Below are positions 1 through 9,016 of a DNA stretch of 32,000 bases, piece after piece. The DNA is from Alkalilimnicola ehrlichii MLHE-1 (GTDB lineage Bacteria; Pseudomonadota; Gammaproteobacteria; Nitrococcales; Halorhodospiraceae). The stretch is taken from contig NC_008340.1 in the NCBI RefSeq assembly GCF_000014785.1, positions 120,001 to 152,000 on the forward strand, read 5' to 3'. The notes beneath the pieces are model-generated. The model had not been told where the DNA came from. It made no database searches and saw only the letters and a program-made list of their open reading frames with translations. The translations under genes were made by a program, and so were the position numbers. The first letter of the stretch is position 1. Every line of letters starts with the position of its first letter.

Positions 1-158
1 CACAACGATAAGTCGGAAATGTTTACAGTTCGGTATCCAATACCATGGGGCAAGTCGGGCATAAGCTTGATTGTGCCCGTTTTTCAGGGTGTCGGAACGC
101 ATCTTGCCCCCTCAGTTGTCGAATCGAATCGGTTTGTTGCAGTACGGGGGAAGCAAGC

Positions 159-977
159 ATGCGTTTCACAACCACCTGCGCCGCGGTAGCCCTGGTCAGC
201 GGTTCGTTGATGGGCTTGCCCGCCCACGCTACGGTGATCACCTACGAGTGGTCGGCGGCGGACATGATAAGCAACGTCTTTGTCGACGGAGAGGATGGCA
301 CCAAGGCCGCTGAGAACGGGCTGTTCGCCGGGGCCACCCGCCTGCGGGACGGGAGCAGTACCGGTGAGGGCGCAGCCCGGACCTACGTGGAGAGTCAGCA
401 CGGTCAGTTCATAGAGCGTTACAACTTTCTGGCGCGAGAGGGCGAGACCCTGACCAGCTTCAATCTCTGGGGACTGGATGGGCGCGGCGTACAGTGGGGT
501 GAGGACTACAAGCCCCTGGCTTGGGTCGATGTGACAGCACCCGATGGCTGGAGCACCGGCTTCTTTGATGCGGGGCCCGATGGCCTGGGCTGGTTCCAGA
601 ATACCAATCCGGATCTGGGCAACTACCTGGCTTACAACACCCCGCTGTTCCCCTGGTTTTCGGCCCCCGAGGATGGAGGGCTTCCCCTGGTCGATGACGG
701 GACCTTTGACTCCCTGATGTTCTCGGCCACCATCGAGTTTGATCCTGACGACGCCTTTTGGGGCGAGGACACGTTTGGGGCGCCGAACGATATCAACTCC
801 GTGCTGACCGCCTATTTCGGCGGCAATCTCTCCAGCGGGGATATGCTGGAGGGGAACATGGCGCTACGTACGGCCGTGCCCGAGCCCGGGACCTGGCTGC
901 TGATGGGCATGGGGCTGTTGGCCATGGGTTGGATGGTCCGGCGACGCCGGCCATCGGCGGGCGCTCAGGGCGCTTGA
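159..977 (+). CDS. PEP-CTERM sorting-domain protein (exosortase substrate)
   Basis: ATG at 159 after a GGGGGAA purine-rich stretch; N-terminal signal peptide (MRFTTTCAAVALVSGSLMGLPAHA); C-terminal AVPEPGTWLLMGMGLLAMGWMVRRRR = VPEP motif + TM helix + Arg-rich tail. Confidence 0.92.
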   Translation: MRFTTTCAAVALVSGSLMGLPAHATVITYEWSAADMISNVFVDGEDGTKAAENGLFAGATRLRDGSSTGEGAARTYVESQHGQFIERYNFLAREGETLTSFNLWGLDGRGVQWGEDYKPLAWVDVTAPDGWSTGFFDAGPDGLGWFQNTNPDLGNYLAYNTPLFPWFSAPEDGGLPLVDDGTFDSLMFSATIEFDPDDAFWGEDTFGAPNDINSVLTAYFGGNLSSGDMLEGNMALRTAVPEPGTWLLMGMGLLAMGWMVRRRRPSAGAQGA

Positions 978-1113
978 TTCCGCCCATTGCCAGGGCCGGT
1001 GCACAGTGACGTATAGCCTGGTCGGATGCAGCGGACAGATTCCCGACACATACTAGGGGGCCAGGCTATACCGATCACGTCCGCTTTAGGACGGAAACGA
1101 CACGAGGCCCTGA

Positions 1114-2268
1114 ATGCCCAGTAAGCGACAGTGTGACATCCTCTGCATCGTGGGCGCCCGCCCGAACTTCATGAAGATCGCCCCGGTCATGCGGGCGTTG
1201 CAGGCGCAGGGCATCCCGGCGCGGCTGGTGCACACCGGACAGCACTACGATGCGGAGATGAACGAGCGCTTCTTCGCCGACCTGGGCATCCCCCACCCGG
1301 ACATCAACCTGGAGGTGGGCTCCGCCAGCCACGCCGTGCAGACGGCGGAGGTCATGCGTCGCTTCGAGCCGGTGGTGGACGAGCTGCAGCCGCGGGCGGT
1401 GCTGGTGGTGGGGGATGTCAACTCCACCATCGCCTGTGCCCTGGTCGCGGCCAAGAAAGGGGTCGGTGTCATCCACGTGGAGGCGGGCCTGCGCAGCTAC
1501 GACCGCGCCATGCCCGAGGAGATCAACCGGGTGCTCACCGACCAGATCTCCGACCTGCTCTTCACCACCGAGCGCCACGCCGAGGCCAACCTGGCCCGCG
1601 AGGGGATCGATACCGGGCGGGTGCACTTTGTGGGCAACGTGATGATCGATACCTTGCGCCACAACCTGGAACGGGCCGTGCCGTGGCAGGAGGCCCTTGC
1701 CGCCGCGGGTGTGGACCTGACCCCCTTCCAGCGCGCCGGGGGCTACGGCGCGGTTACCCTGCACCGGCCGTCGAACGTGGATGAGCCCGCGGTGTTGCGC
1801 CGGGTGACCGAGACCCTGATCGGGGTCTCGCGGGACCTGCCGCTGGTGTTTCCGGTGCATCCGCGCACCCGAGCCCGGCTTGAGGCCTTCGGCCTGCTGC
1901 CGGCCCTGGCGTCCGAGCCCCGCATCGCCCTCCTGCCGCCGGCGGGCTACCTGGAGATGCTCGGGCTGATGCGCGACGCCCGGGTGGTGCTCACCGACTC
2001 CGGCGGTATGCAGGAGGAGACCACCGCCCTGGGCGTGCCCTGCATCACCCTGCGCGAGAACACCGAGCGCCCGATCACCCTGGACGAGGGCACCAACGTC
2101 CTGGTGGGCAACGACCCCGGGCGCATCCTGGCTGCGTTTAACGAGGTCCTGGGCGGCGGGGGCAAGCAGGGCCGGGTACCGGACTACTGGGACGGCCGGG
2201 CCGCCGAGCGCATCGTCGAGGTGCTGGCGGACTGGCTGGCGCGGGAACAGCCCGCGGCCGCCGGCTAG
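1114..2268 (+). CDS. wecB: UDP-N-acetylglucosamine 2-epimerase (non-hydrolysing)
   Basis: IVGARPNFMKIAPV, HTGQHYDAEMNERFF, HVEAGLRS, TLHRPSNVD, LTDSGGMQEETTALGVPCITLRENTERP are hallmark WecB/MnaA motifs. Confidence 0.95.
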   Translation: MPSKRQCDILCIVGARPNFMKIAPVMRALQAQGIPARLVHTGQHYDAEMNERFFADLGIPHPDINLEVGSASHAVQTAEVMRRFEPVVDELQPRAVLVVGDVNSTIACALVAAKKGVGVIHVEAGLRSYDRAMPEEINRVLTDQISDLLFTTERHAEANLAREGIDTGRVHFVGNVMIDTLRHNLERAVPWQEALAAAGVDLTPFQRAGGYGAVTLHRPSNVDEPAVLRRVTETLIGVSRDLPLVFPVHPRTRARLEAFGLLPALASEPRIALLPPAGYLEMLGLMRDARVVLTDSGGMQEETTALGVPCITLRENTERPITLDEGTNVLVGNDPGRILAAFNEVLGGGGKQGRVPDYWDGRAAERIVEVLADWLAREQPAAAG

Positions 2269-2274
2269 ACCAGG

Positions 2275-3231
2275 GTGGCCATGGTGCTGCGGTCGCTGCT
2301 GTCACTGCTGTCCCCGGGAGGCGCCCGCGGGCGGCTGTCGATCCTGATCTATCATCGGGTGCTGCCGGCGCCGGACCCGCTGCTGCCGGGCGAGCCGGAC
2401 GCGGCACGCTTTCAGTGGCAGATGCAGCTGCTGGCACGCCACTTCAATCCCCTGCCGCTGGCCGAGGCGGTGCGGCGGCTGCGCGACGGCACCCTGCCCC
2501 CCCGGGCCGCTTGCGTGACCTTCGATGACGGCTACGCCGACAACGCCGAGGTGGCCCTGCCCCTCCTGCGCTCGGTGGGCGTGCCCGCCACCTTCTTCAT
2601 CGCCGTCGGGTACCTCAATGGCGGTCGTATGTTCAATGACACCCTGATCGAGACCGTGCGCCGGCTGCCCGAGGGCGAGGTCGACCTGACGCCGGAGGGG
2701 CTGGGGCGGCGGCGCGTCGCCTCCGACAGCGACCGGATCGCGCTCTGCAAGGCATTGATCGGGCAGTTCAAGTACCAGCCGCCGGCGGTGCGGAACCGCG
2801 GGGTGGAGGCCCTGCCCGAGCGTTTGGGCATCACGGTCCCGGACGACCTGATGATGACCAGCGGCCAGTTGCGCGGCCTGGCCGACGCCGGCATGGAGAT
2901 CGGCGGGCATACCCTCACCCACCCCATCCTGGCCCGGCAGTCCGCCCCGGAAGCGCGGCAGGAGATCGAGGCGGGGCGGGAGGCGCTGGAGGGTATGCTG
3001 GGCCAGCGCGTCCGGCTGTTCGCCTACCCCAACGGCCGGCCGGGAACCGACTATGCCCCCGAGCACGTGGACATGGTGCGCGACTGCGGCTTCGAGGCGG
3101 CCGTCTCCACCGCGGCCGGCGCCGCCGGCCCCGCCTCCGATCCCTACCAGCTACCGCGCTTCACCCCCTGGGACCGCACCCCCGGCCGTTTCGCCCTGCG
3201 CCTGGCCCGCAACCTCGCCGGGCGCGCCTGA
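2275..3231 (+). CDS. polysaccharide deacetylase family protein (NodB-like, XrtA/PEP-CTERM-associated type)
   Basis: ILIYHRVLP, CVTFDDGYADNAEVALPLL, GMEIGGHTLTHPIL, LFAYPNGRPG motifs. Confidence 0.92.
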   Translation: MAMVLRSLLSLLSPGGARGRLSILIYHRVLPAPDPLLPGEPDAARFQWQMQLLARHFNPLPLAEAVRRLRDGTLPPRAACVTFDDGYADNAEVALPLLRSVGVPATFFIAVGYLNGGRMFNDTLIETVRRLPEGEVDLTPEGLGRRRVASDSDRIALCKALIGQFKYQPPAVRNRGVEALPERLGITVPDDLMMTSGQLRGLADAGMEIGGHTLTHPILARQSAPEARQEIEAGREALEGMLGQRVRLFAYPNGRPGTDYAPEHVDMVRDCGFEAAVSTAAGAAGPASDPYQLPRFTPWDRTPGRFALRLARNLAGRA

Positions 3232-3254
3232 ACGGGCCCGTGACGGCAGACTGC

Positions 3255-3758
3255 TCAGAAGGGCACCTGCGGCGGCGTCCACTCCGGCCCCCGCGGCTGG
3301 GCCCTCGCGATGGCAGCGGCGGCATCGTCCCAGCCGTCAAAGGCGTTCCGGCCCGGACGGCCGCGGTAGCGGTTCAGCAGCGCCTTGCAGTGGGCGTAGA
3401 AGCGGAAAAAGCGCTCCACACGCCGCAACTCCGCTGCGGTGGGTGGATGGTGGCCGCAGACCAGCTTGTCGTCGGTCATGCCCCGGTCTGTCAGGGCGAT
3501 CGAGGCGTAGGCGCGCACCGAGACCCGGCGGCCCAGCGGCAGCCGGGGCCCGAGCACCAGGGCATCCAGCAGATCGCCCTCGCGCCCGATAAACGCCGGG
3601 ACCGCGCCGTAGTTGAACGGGCAGGGCAGCGGGGAGACGAAGTCGATCTCCCCGGTGGAGCCGCGTTTGAGGAAGCTCCAGCGGGGGACTTCGATGAGTA
3701 CGGTCACCGTGGGTGTCGTCTCATCCGCGGTGGCGCTGGGCCGGGCCGGGTTGCGCAT
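3255..3758 (-). CDS. inorganic pyrophosphatase-like protein (family I fold)
   Basis: Open frame 3255..3887, probable ATG at 3758. VLIEVPRWSFLKRGSTGEIDFVSPLPCPFNYGAVPAFIGREGDLLDALVLG and LTDRGMTDDKLVC match the family I PPase pattern (IEVP..., NYG..P, DxLDxLVL, D...DDK). Confidence 0.72.
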   Translation of the reverse strand: MRNPARPSATADETTPTVTVLIEVPRWSFLKRGSTGEIDFVSPLPCPFNYGAVPAFIGREGDLLDALVLGPRLPLGRRVSVRAYASIALTDRGMTDDKLVCGHHPPTAAELRRVERFFRFYAHCKALLNRYRGRPGRNAFDGWDDAAAAIARAQPRGPEWTPPQVPF

Positions 3759-3843
3759 AAGCCGCCATAGGGTTACGGGAAATGTGCGGGGTGATGGACT
3801 ACCCTGCTTGAGTTGAACCGCCTCCAGCCGAGGAGAGTTGCAG

Positions 3844-4848
3844 ATGCCCACCCGGGTGCACATCACCGTCGACACCGAGTTCAACATCGCCGGCGCGTTT
3901 CGGGACCCGCAGGCTCACCAGCCCGTGGGCCCGCCGTCGGTGTACTGCAACATCGATGGACGGTCCGAGGGCCTGGGCCACCTGCTGGACACCCTGGAGG
4001 CGCACGGCCTACGCGGGACATTCTACGTCGAAACCTTGAACACCTGCTTCTTCGGCGACGAACCCATGGGGGCCATCGCCCGCGAGATCGCCGGACGGGG
4101 GCACGATGTGCAACTGCACCTGCACCCCTGCTGGACCTATTTCGAGCATGAGGACTGGCCGGAGCGGCTGGCCCACGACCCGCCCAGCGACGATGTAACC
4201 CGGCGCAGCGTGGAGGAGCTGGTGGCGTTGATCGAGCGGGGCCGGGCGACCTTCCGCCGCTGGGGCCTGCCGGCACCCACGGTGCTGCGCACCGGCGGGC
4301 TGAAGGTGGGCCTGAACGTCTACCAGGCCATGCGCCGGGCGGGCATGCGGGTGGCCTCGAACATCGGCCTGGCCATCTACCGCCCGGCGGAGCCGGAGCT
4401 GCAACTACTGGCCGGGTGCCACGATATCGACGGGGTGCTGGAGTTTCCGGTGACCACCTACACGGACTTCCGCCTCGGCCAGCGCAGCCACTACAAGACG
4501 CTGACCATCACCGGCAGCTCCTGGCCGGAGATGCGTCGCCTCCTGACCCAGGCGCGGGATCGGGGGTTGAGCGACGTGGTGGTGCTGACCCACCCGTTTG
4601 AATTCATCAAGCATCGGGATACCCGCTACCGGGCGTTGTGTGTTGATCGGGTCAATAGGCAGCGGCTAGAACGCCTCTGCAGCTTTGTTTCGGCTGAACC
4701 GGGCCTGGAGTCGGTTTGCACCGGTGGGGTAACAGGTGCTGGCGGGTCTTCTGGTGATGAGCGGACATTAGTGCCCCTGGCAGTGCCTCTGCGATATGTG
4801 TTGCCCCGCATGGTGGTCAACAGGATCAACCAAGTTGCGTGTTGGTAA
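3844..4848 (+). CDS. divergent polysaccharide deacetylase-like protein
   Basis: ATG 3844 preceded by GAGGAGAG; VHITVDTEFN, GLRGTFYVETLN, RGHDVQLHLHPCW metal-binding style motifs. Confidence 0.75.
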   Translation: MPTRVHITVDTEFNIAGAFRDPQAHQPVGPPSVYCNIDGRSEGLGHLLDTLEAHGLRGTFYVETLNTCFFGDEPMGAIAREIAGRGHDVQLHLHPCWTYFEHEDWPERLAHDPPSDDVTRRSVEELVALIERGRATFRRWGLPAPTVLRTGGLKVGLNVYQAMRRAGMRVASNIGLAIYRPAEPELQLLAGCHDIDGVLEFPVTTYTDFRLGQRSHYKTLTITGSSWPEMRRLLTQARDRGLSDVVVLTHPFEFIKHRDTRYRALCVDRVNRQRLERLCSFVSAEPGLESVCTGGVTGAGGSSGDERTLVPLAVPLRYVLPRMVVNRINQVACW

Positions 4849-4862
4849 TGAGATTGAGCGTG

Positions 4863-6005
4863 ATGACAACGTTGGCACAGAAAACACCGCCCTCGGGCCA
4901 ATGGCGCCTCATCCCTCATTCGGAGGCCGCGTCACAAACCGTAAAGGGAGCACCTTTGGGCCAAATGTTGGACCACGACTTGGACTGGCTGACGGCAACG
5001 GCTCATCCCTCGCACGGCGAGGTGGGGCAGTTCGTCTCCGGCGATCATTATCTGCCGTTCTATGCTCACGATGGTGGTTTGGGTTTCTTACTGGCCGGCT
5101 TCGCTTTAGGGCGCATTCCGATCCGACGATACGTCATCAGCGGCAATTTGCCGTATTTGTCGAAGCCAGAGGCGGCAGAGGTGCTTTGCCTCCTGCGGCG
5201 GGAGCTTGGTAGCCGAGGCGTGCTATTCCTAATAGGCGTCGTTGAAGGTGAGCCCCTCTGGCAGGCGTTGCGAGAGCCAATAGTGCGAAGGCACTACCGC
5301 GTGTTGCAAAGTGGTGGGTTGGAAACGCGTCGGCTGGCGTGCTTTCCAGAGGGTTTTGATGCCTACCTGGCAAGTCTGCCCAGAAGAAGGCGTCAGGATT
5401 TGCGACGGAGCGAGCGGCGTTTTTTACGGCGATTTCCCGGCTGGTCTCTTGGGGTGTATACCGAGCCCGAGCTGTTGGGCCGTTTCCTAGGTCAGGTTGA
5501 GCCGGTTTCTTTGAGGACGTACCAAAGCCGATTACACGGTCTGGGGATAACTGAAACCGGTTGGATTGCCAGGAAAGTGCGGGCCGGTGCCCGCCTGGGC
5601 AAGGCTCGTTGTTACGCCCTCTTCGTCGATGGCCAGCCAGTTGCCTGGCGTATCGGGTTTGTTCATGGTGGCATCTACTACAGCCACCACATCGGCTATG
5701 ACCCGAGGCTGGCACAGTGGCACCCCGGCATTGTACTCCAGTTGAAAGTGATCGAGGATCTTTGTCAGCTCACGCCGGCCGTCAGCGAACTCGACATGTT
5801 GTATGGGGATAACCCCGTCAAAGAAAAGCTCAGCAACGCTTGCCGTCGGGAGGGGAAATTTTACCTGTTCCCGAATAACCTCAAGGGGAACCTAAGCTTT
5901 GCGGCATTGAGAGGCTTCAATGCCTTTTCGGACGGCGTTTCAGGCCTTGCAGACTGGCTCCGTATCAAGGAGCGTCTGCGGCGTCGCCTGCGCCGCGCGG
6001 TTTGA
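4863..6005 (+). CDS. FemAB/Acetyltransf_6-like GNAT-fold protein
   Basis: Frame open from 4839; ATG at 4863. RRRRQDLRRSERRF...TYQSRLHG...FVDGQPVAWRIGFVHGGIYYSHHIGYDPRLAQWHPGIVLQLKVIEDL typical of CelD/FemAB-like acyltransferases in EPS loci. Confidence 0.78.
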   Translation: MTTLAQKTPPSGQWRLIPHSEAASQTVKGAPLGQMLDHDLDWLTATAHPSHGEVGQFVSGDHYLPFYAHDGGLGFLLAGFALGRIPIRRYVISGNLPYLSKPEAAEVLCLLRRELGSRGVLFLIGVVEGEPLWQALREPIVRRHYRVLQSGGLETRRLACFPEGFDAYLASLPRRRRQDLRRSERRFLRRFPGWSLGVYTEPELLGRFLGQVEPVSLRTYQSRLHGLGITETGWIARKVRAGARLGKARCYALFVDGQPVAWRIGFVHGGIYYSHHIGYDPRLAQWHPGIVLQLKVIEDLCQLTPAVSELDMLYGDNPVKEKLSNACRREGKFYLFPNNLKGNLSFAALRGFNAFSDGVSGLADWLRIKERLRRRLRRAV

Positions 6006-6657
6006 TGGACGGCGAGACCTTTAAGCCGACACGACGCACTCCCGGTGTCGCCAGTAACCGCCCGCTCCGTGTCGCCAGAATCATGGCCTCGCACCGCCAT
6101 CCCGCGCAGCGAAATGAGGCACGGGACGCCATATTCGTTGATCGGATGTGGCACAATCCTCGTGCGAATCCCTCGTCAACCAAAACTGAAAAAGTAGAAT
6201 TCATAAGCTTGCGAGCATACCCCCTATCACGGTGTTCGGGCGCAGTGTAAAGGAAGCTGATAAAGAATGCGTCAGGCGCCAGCTCGAACTCTAACGGTAC
6301 GGGAGTGGATACGGGGAACGTGCCAAAATTTACGTTCAGTTGCGCTAAGATCCCATCGGGACCTTTCAGAGCATAAATGCGCCCGCCATTTGAGATTATT
6401 CTTGCTGGCGCGCGACCGCTATGCCGTGCTAGATAGTCTATTTTTTCTTTAGGTAATGCATCCAGATCACTTTCTTTGGTTAGAGTAACAAGCCTACTGG
6501 AAAATGCGGCCTTGTCGTCTTCCCTAGAGCTTGTCACGGTTTCCAGGGGGTTGTTTGAAGCGTATACGTAGTGGACCAAAATCCGGGCTGCGTGCTTCAG
6601 TAACCAGGTTCCGACCGCATCTAAAAATAAACCAGCTCTCCGCAACCGGTGACGCAT
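5965..6657 (-). CDS. GNAT family N-acetyltransferase
   Basis: ISFLYTAPEHRDRGYARKLMNSTFSVLVDEGFARGLCHIRSTNMASRASFRCAGWR = acetyl-CoA binding motif (HRxRGYAxKL) plus N..S...F...GW. Confidence 0.8.
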   Translation of the reverse strand: MRHRLRRAGLFLDAVGTWLLKHAARILVHYVYASNNPLETVTSSREDDKAAFSSRLVTLTKESDLDALPKEKIDYLARHSGRAPARIISNGGRIYALKGPDGILAQLNVNFGTFPVSTPVPLEFELAPDAFFISFLYTAPEHRDRGYARKLMNSTFSVLVDEGFARGLCHIRSTNMASRASFRCAGWRCEAMILATRSGRLLATPGVRRVGLKVSPSIKPRGAGDAADAP

Positions 6658-6690
6658 TGGCGCCCTCCTGAAGTCTTGTAAGTGTTTTGT

Positions 6691-7722
6691 TTACCGGCCT
6701 CGCAATGATCGTCTTATTCGGTCCTTTAATCCGGCTTGATCAAGAAACCAGGAGAGGCCTTCGGAAAGTGTCAGGCTGGATAAGTTTAGCACTACGGCCG
6801 CAATGGTTTTGGGAGTTAGCTTAAGCCAATATATATCGCCACAGACTCTGCAATGGCTTCCGAAGAATGCTTTGTGAGGGGCGTCTCCCTCGCAGAAATC
6901 GAAGTATTGAAAGCGTCCCTCTTTAAACAAATTATCTAGTGCTAGCCATTGTAATATCGTTCCTGGAGAGAGAGTTGCGGCGTTGGGTTTGTACCCCAAG
7001 AAACGGTATCGTAAAACGCCATCCTGAGCTGGGCAGTATAGGTAAGCAACAGGATCGCCAGAATGAAAAAGGAGAAAACCCCTTACTTGGTCATTCTGGG
7101 CTAAAGAAATGGCGGCATCGTAGAATTCCTGGCTATCAGGCAAAGCAGCACCTAGCAGTCGCTTTTGGTAACTGACGTCCGCCACTCCTCTCGCCAACTC
7201 AAGGAATCTTCTTATTTCATTCTCCGTCTTGTAGCACCGCCATTCCAACTCTCCCTCAGATGCCTTTTCGAACTTACGAATCTTTCGGCGAATGCTTTGT
7301 CGCGACTTTCCGGAAAAGGTGTGCAGGTAGGTTTCCCAGCCTTGAGATAAGTCAATGTAGTGTCGCCGATAAACTCGTGGGACGTACCGGATAAAACCTT
7401 TGTCAAGACTAAGGCGTGGGAACTCAGGTGCTTCCGGACTGGACCGTGCCAAAAATCCATGCGGACCCATTCTCTCCGGGTTTCTTCTTCCTTTTTTGTC
7501 GTGAATAAAAAGCGACTTATCTACGGATAATCGTAGCGTGATGCCGCCGAGGGTAAATCCGGCGAAGTGAACCGGTAGTCGAATTCTCTCTACAGGCGGG
7601 CTATTTCTCATTGCGGGGAACCGTTGCGTTGTTTTGTTCGAAATTGTTGAGTGATTGGGGTGAATTATAGCAGGTGGTTGCGATGTTTTCATTGCATGCC
7701 CGCATCCATTTCGGCGAAGCAA
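6691..7722 (-). CDS. FemAB/Acetyltransf_6-like protein (paralogue of the 4863..6005 product)
   Basis: KSRQSIRRKIRKFEKA, SYQKRLLG, SGDPVAYLYCPAQDGVLRYRFLGYKPNAATLSPGTILQWLALDNLF. Start may be the internal ATG at 7611. Confidence 0.75.
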   Translation of the reverse strand: MLRRNGCGHAMKTSQPPAIIHPNHSTISNKTTQRFPAMRNSPPVERIRLPVHFAGFTLGGITLRLSVDKSLFIHDKKGRRNPERMGPHGFLARSSPEAPEFPRLSLDKGFIRYVPRVYRRHYIDLSQGWETYLHTFSGKSRQSIRRKIRKFEKASEGELEWRCYKTENEIRRFLELARGVADVSYQKRLLGAALPDSQEFYDAAISLAQNDQVRGFLLFHSGDPVAYLYCPAQDGVLRYRFLGYKPNAATLSPGTILQWLALDNLFKEGRFQYFDFCEGDAPHKAFFGSHCRVCGDIYWLKLTPKTIAAVVLNLSSLTLSEGLSWFLDQAGLKDRIRRSLRGR

Positions 7723-7749
7723 TTGTGATCCTGGTGCGTTACAAAAAAG

Positions 7750-8769
7750 CTAGGTATTTTTTGCTCCAATGGCTTTCTTTCCCAAGATACGAATAACATT
7801 GGGTAGAATAAATGCGGCCCCGTAGGGGTCATGCCGTAGAGTGGATCTCACGCAGCCCCAATTCAATGGCTTTCGATGGCGAATATTATGCAATATTGTG
7901 GCCACAAACGCTCTACGAAACTCAGAAAGCTCACGGCACACATGACCTCTTTGTCGTGACGTTAAGTCGATTTCGTTCAGGATCATCGTGGACATTTTTA
8001 TGTAGCTAGAAGTAAGTCGTAGGTGTCCTTCTGTCTGCCATCCGGACTTGTCCAGCACATTTACTCCCTCTCCTTCTTCAGCGTAAACCTTTGGAGAGAA
8101 CGCTATGCTTTTTAGCCTTTTGCTTAGCCGCAATTTAAACAGCCGATCTTCTCCCTGAAATAGATGTTCCGGGAAGCGTAACGAGGGAAATTTGTCTATT
8201 CTATACGCCATGGCCGTCGCGCTTACTAAGTTGCTCCGGAAGACCATCAGGTCAAAAAAGTCGCCCCGAAAATTATAAATATCTCGCTTCTGGTTTATTA
8301 GGGTGTGCTTGTGTGGCTCGATGTTTCGAGAAGAGTCCTTGCTCCAGGAAAAACGGGGTTTACTACCTTTTCTTCTTGTGTTACCAATAAAGAGTTCGCA
8401 TTCTCTTTGCAGCGCCCAGACGGCGTCTGGAAGAAATTGCTCGACCCAACAATCATCCGAGTCTAGGAAAGTCGCGAATCGTGTGCCGCCGGAAACATGG
8501 TCCAGTCCTGTGTTTCGTGCAGCGGCAGGCCCTGAGTTTTTTTGACGTATAATGGTCAAACTGATGCCGTCATGGAGGTCGCCGACCTCGTCCTGAGCCG
8601 GTATCGGAGAACCATCATCTACGATGATGATTAACGGGTCGACATCACCTTTGGTATCCAGCACTGAGCGCACACACTGCCGCAACAGGCCTGGCTGCCG
8701 CTGGAAATAAGGTATGATGACAGCAATTTTCCGGTCGGTCGTAGCCAATTCGGTTCTCCGGGATAGCAT
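7750..8769 (-). CDS. glycosyltransferase family 2 protein
   Basis: IAVIIPYFQRQPGLLRQCVRSVLDT...LIIIVDDGSPIPAQ...NSGPAAARNTGLDHVSGGTRFATFLDSDD: GT-A fold with DDGS and DSDD. Confidence 0.92.
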   Translation of the reverse strand: MLSRRTELATTDRKIAVIIPYFQRQPGLLRQCVRSVLDTKGDVDPLIIIVDDGSPIPAQDEVGDLHDGISLTIIRQKNSGPAAARNTGLDHVSGGTRFATFLDSDDCWVEQFLPDAVWALQRECELFIGNTRRKGSKPRFSWSKDSSRNIEPHKHTLINQKRDIYNFRGDFFDLMVFRSNLVSATAMAYRIDKFPSLRFPEHLFQGEDRLFKLRLSKRLKSIAFSPKVYAEEGEGVNVLDKSGWQTEGHLRLTSSYIKMSTMILNEIDLTSRQRGHVCRELSEFRRAFVATILHNIRHRKPLNWGCVRSTLRHDPYGAAFILPNVIRILGKKAIGAKNT

Positions 8770-8956
8770 CGGTTCTGAGTTATAGTGTTTTGGGTAAACG
8801 AGCTCCTGAGGTGGAGTCCTTCTCAGGAATTATGATGCAGCATCGGATGTATCTCCACCGGTATCGTGGCTGCCGCAACTTTTCGCGATGAGTGAGCGGC
8901 AACCGGAGCGTGCTCCCCAAGTTGGACAGTCGCTCACCGCGTAAGGTCGGGGGAGT

Positions 8957-9016
8957 CTAGATGTCGGGTCCCGAGGGATGCCGCACCTGCCGCAGGAATA
9001 AATGAGGATGGCTTTG
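8957..9016 (-). pseudogene. Displaced 3' end of the IS481-type transposase, left of the ISL3 element
   Basis: Removing the ISL3 element and one copy of the TSD restores the frame ...QALKDWQQ|SHPHLFLRQVRHPSGPDI* with stop at 8957-8959. Confidence 0.85.

Noticed and set aside
1075-1860. 261-aa minus-strand ORF
   Set aside because: Antisense to wecB, whose protein motifs are unambiguous.
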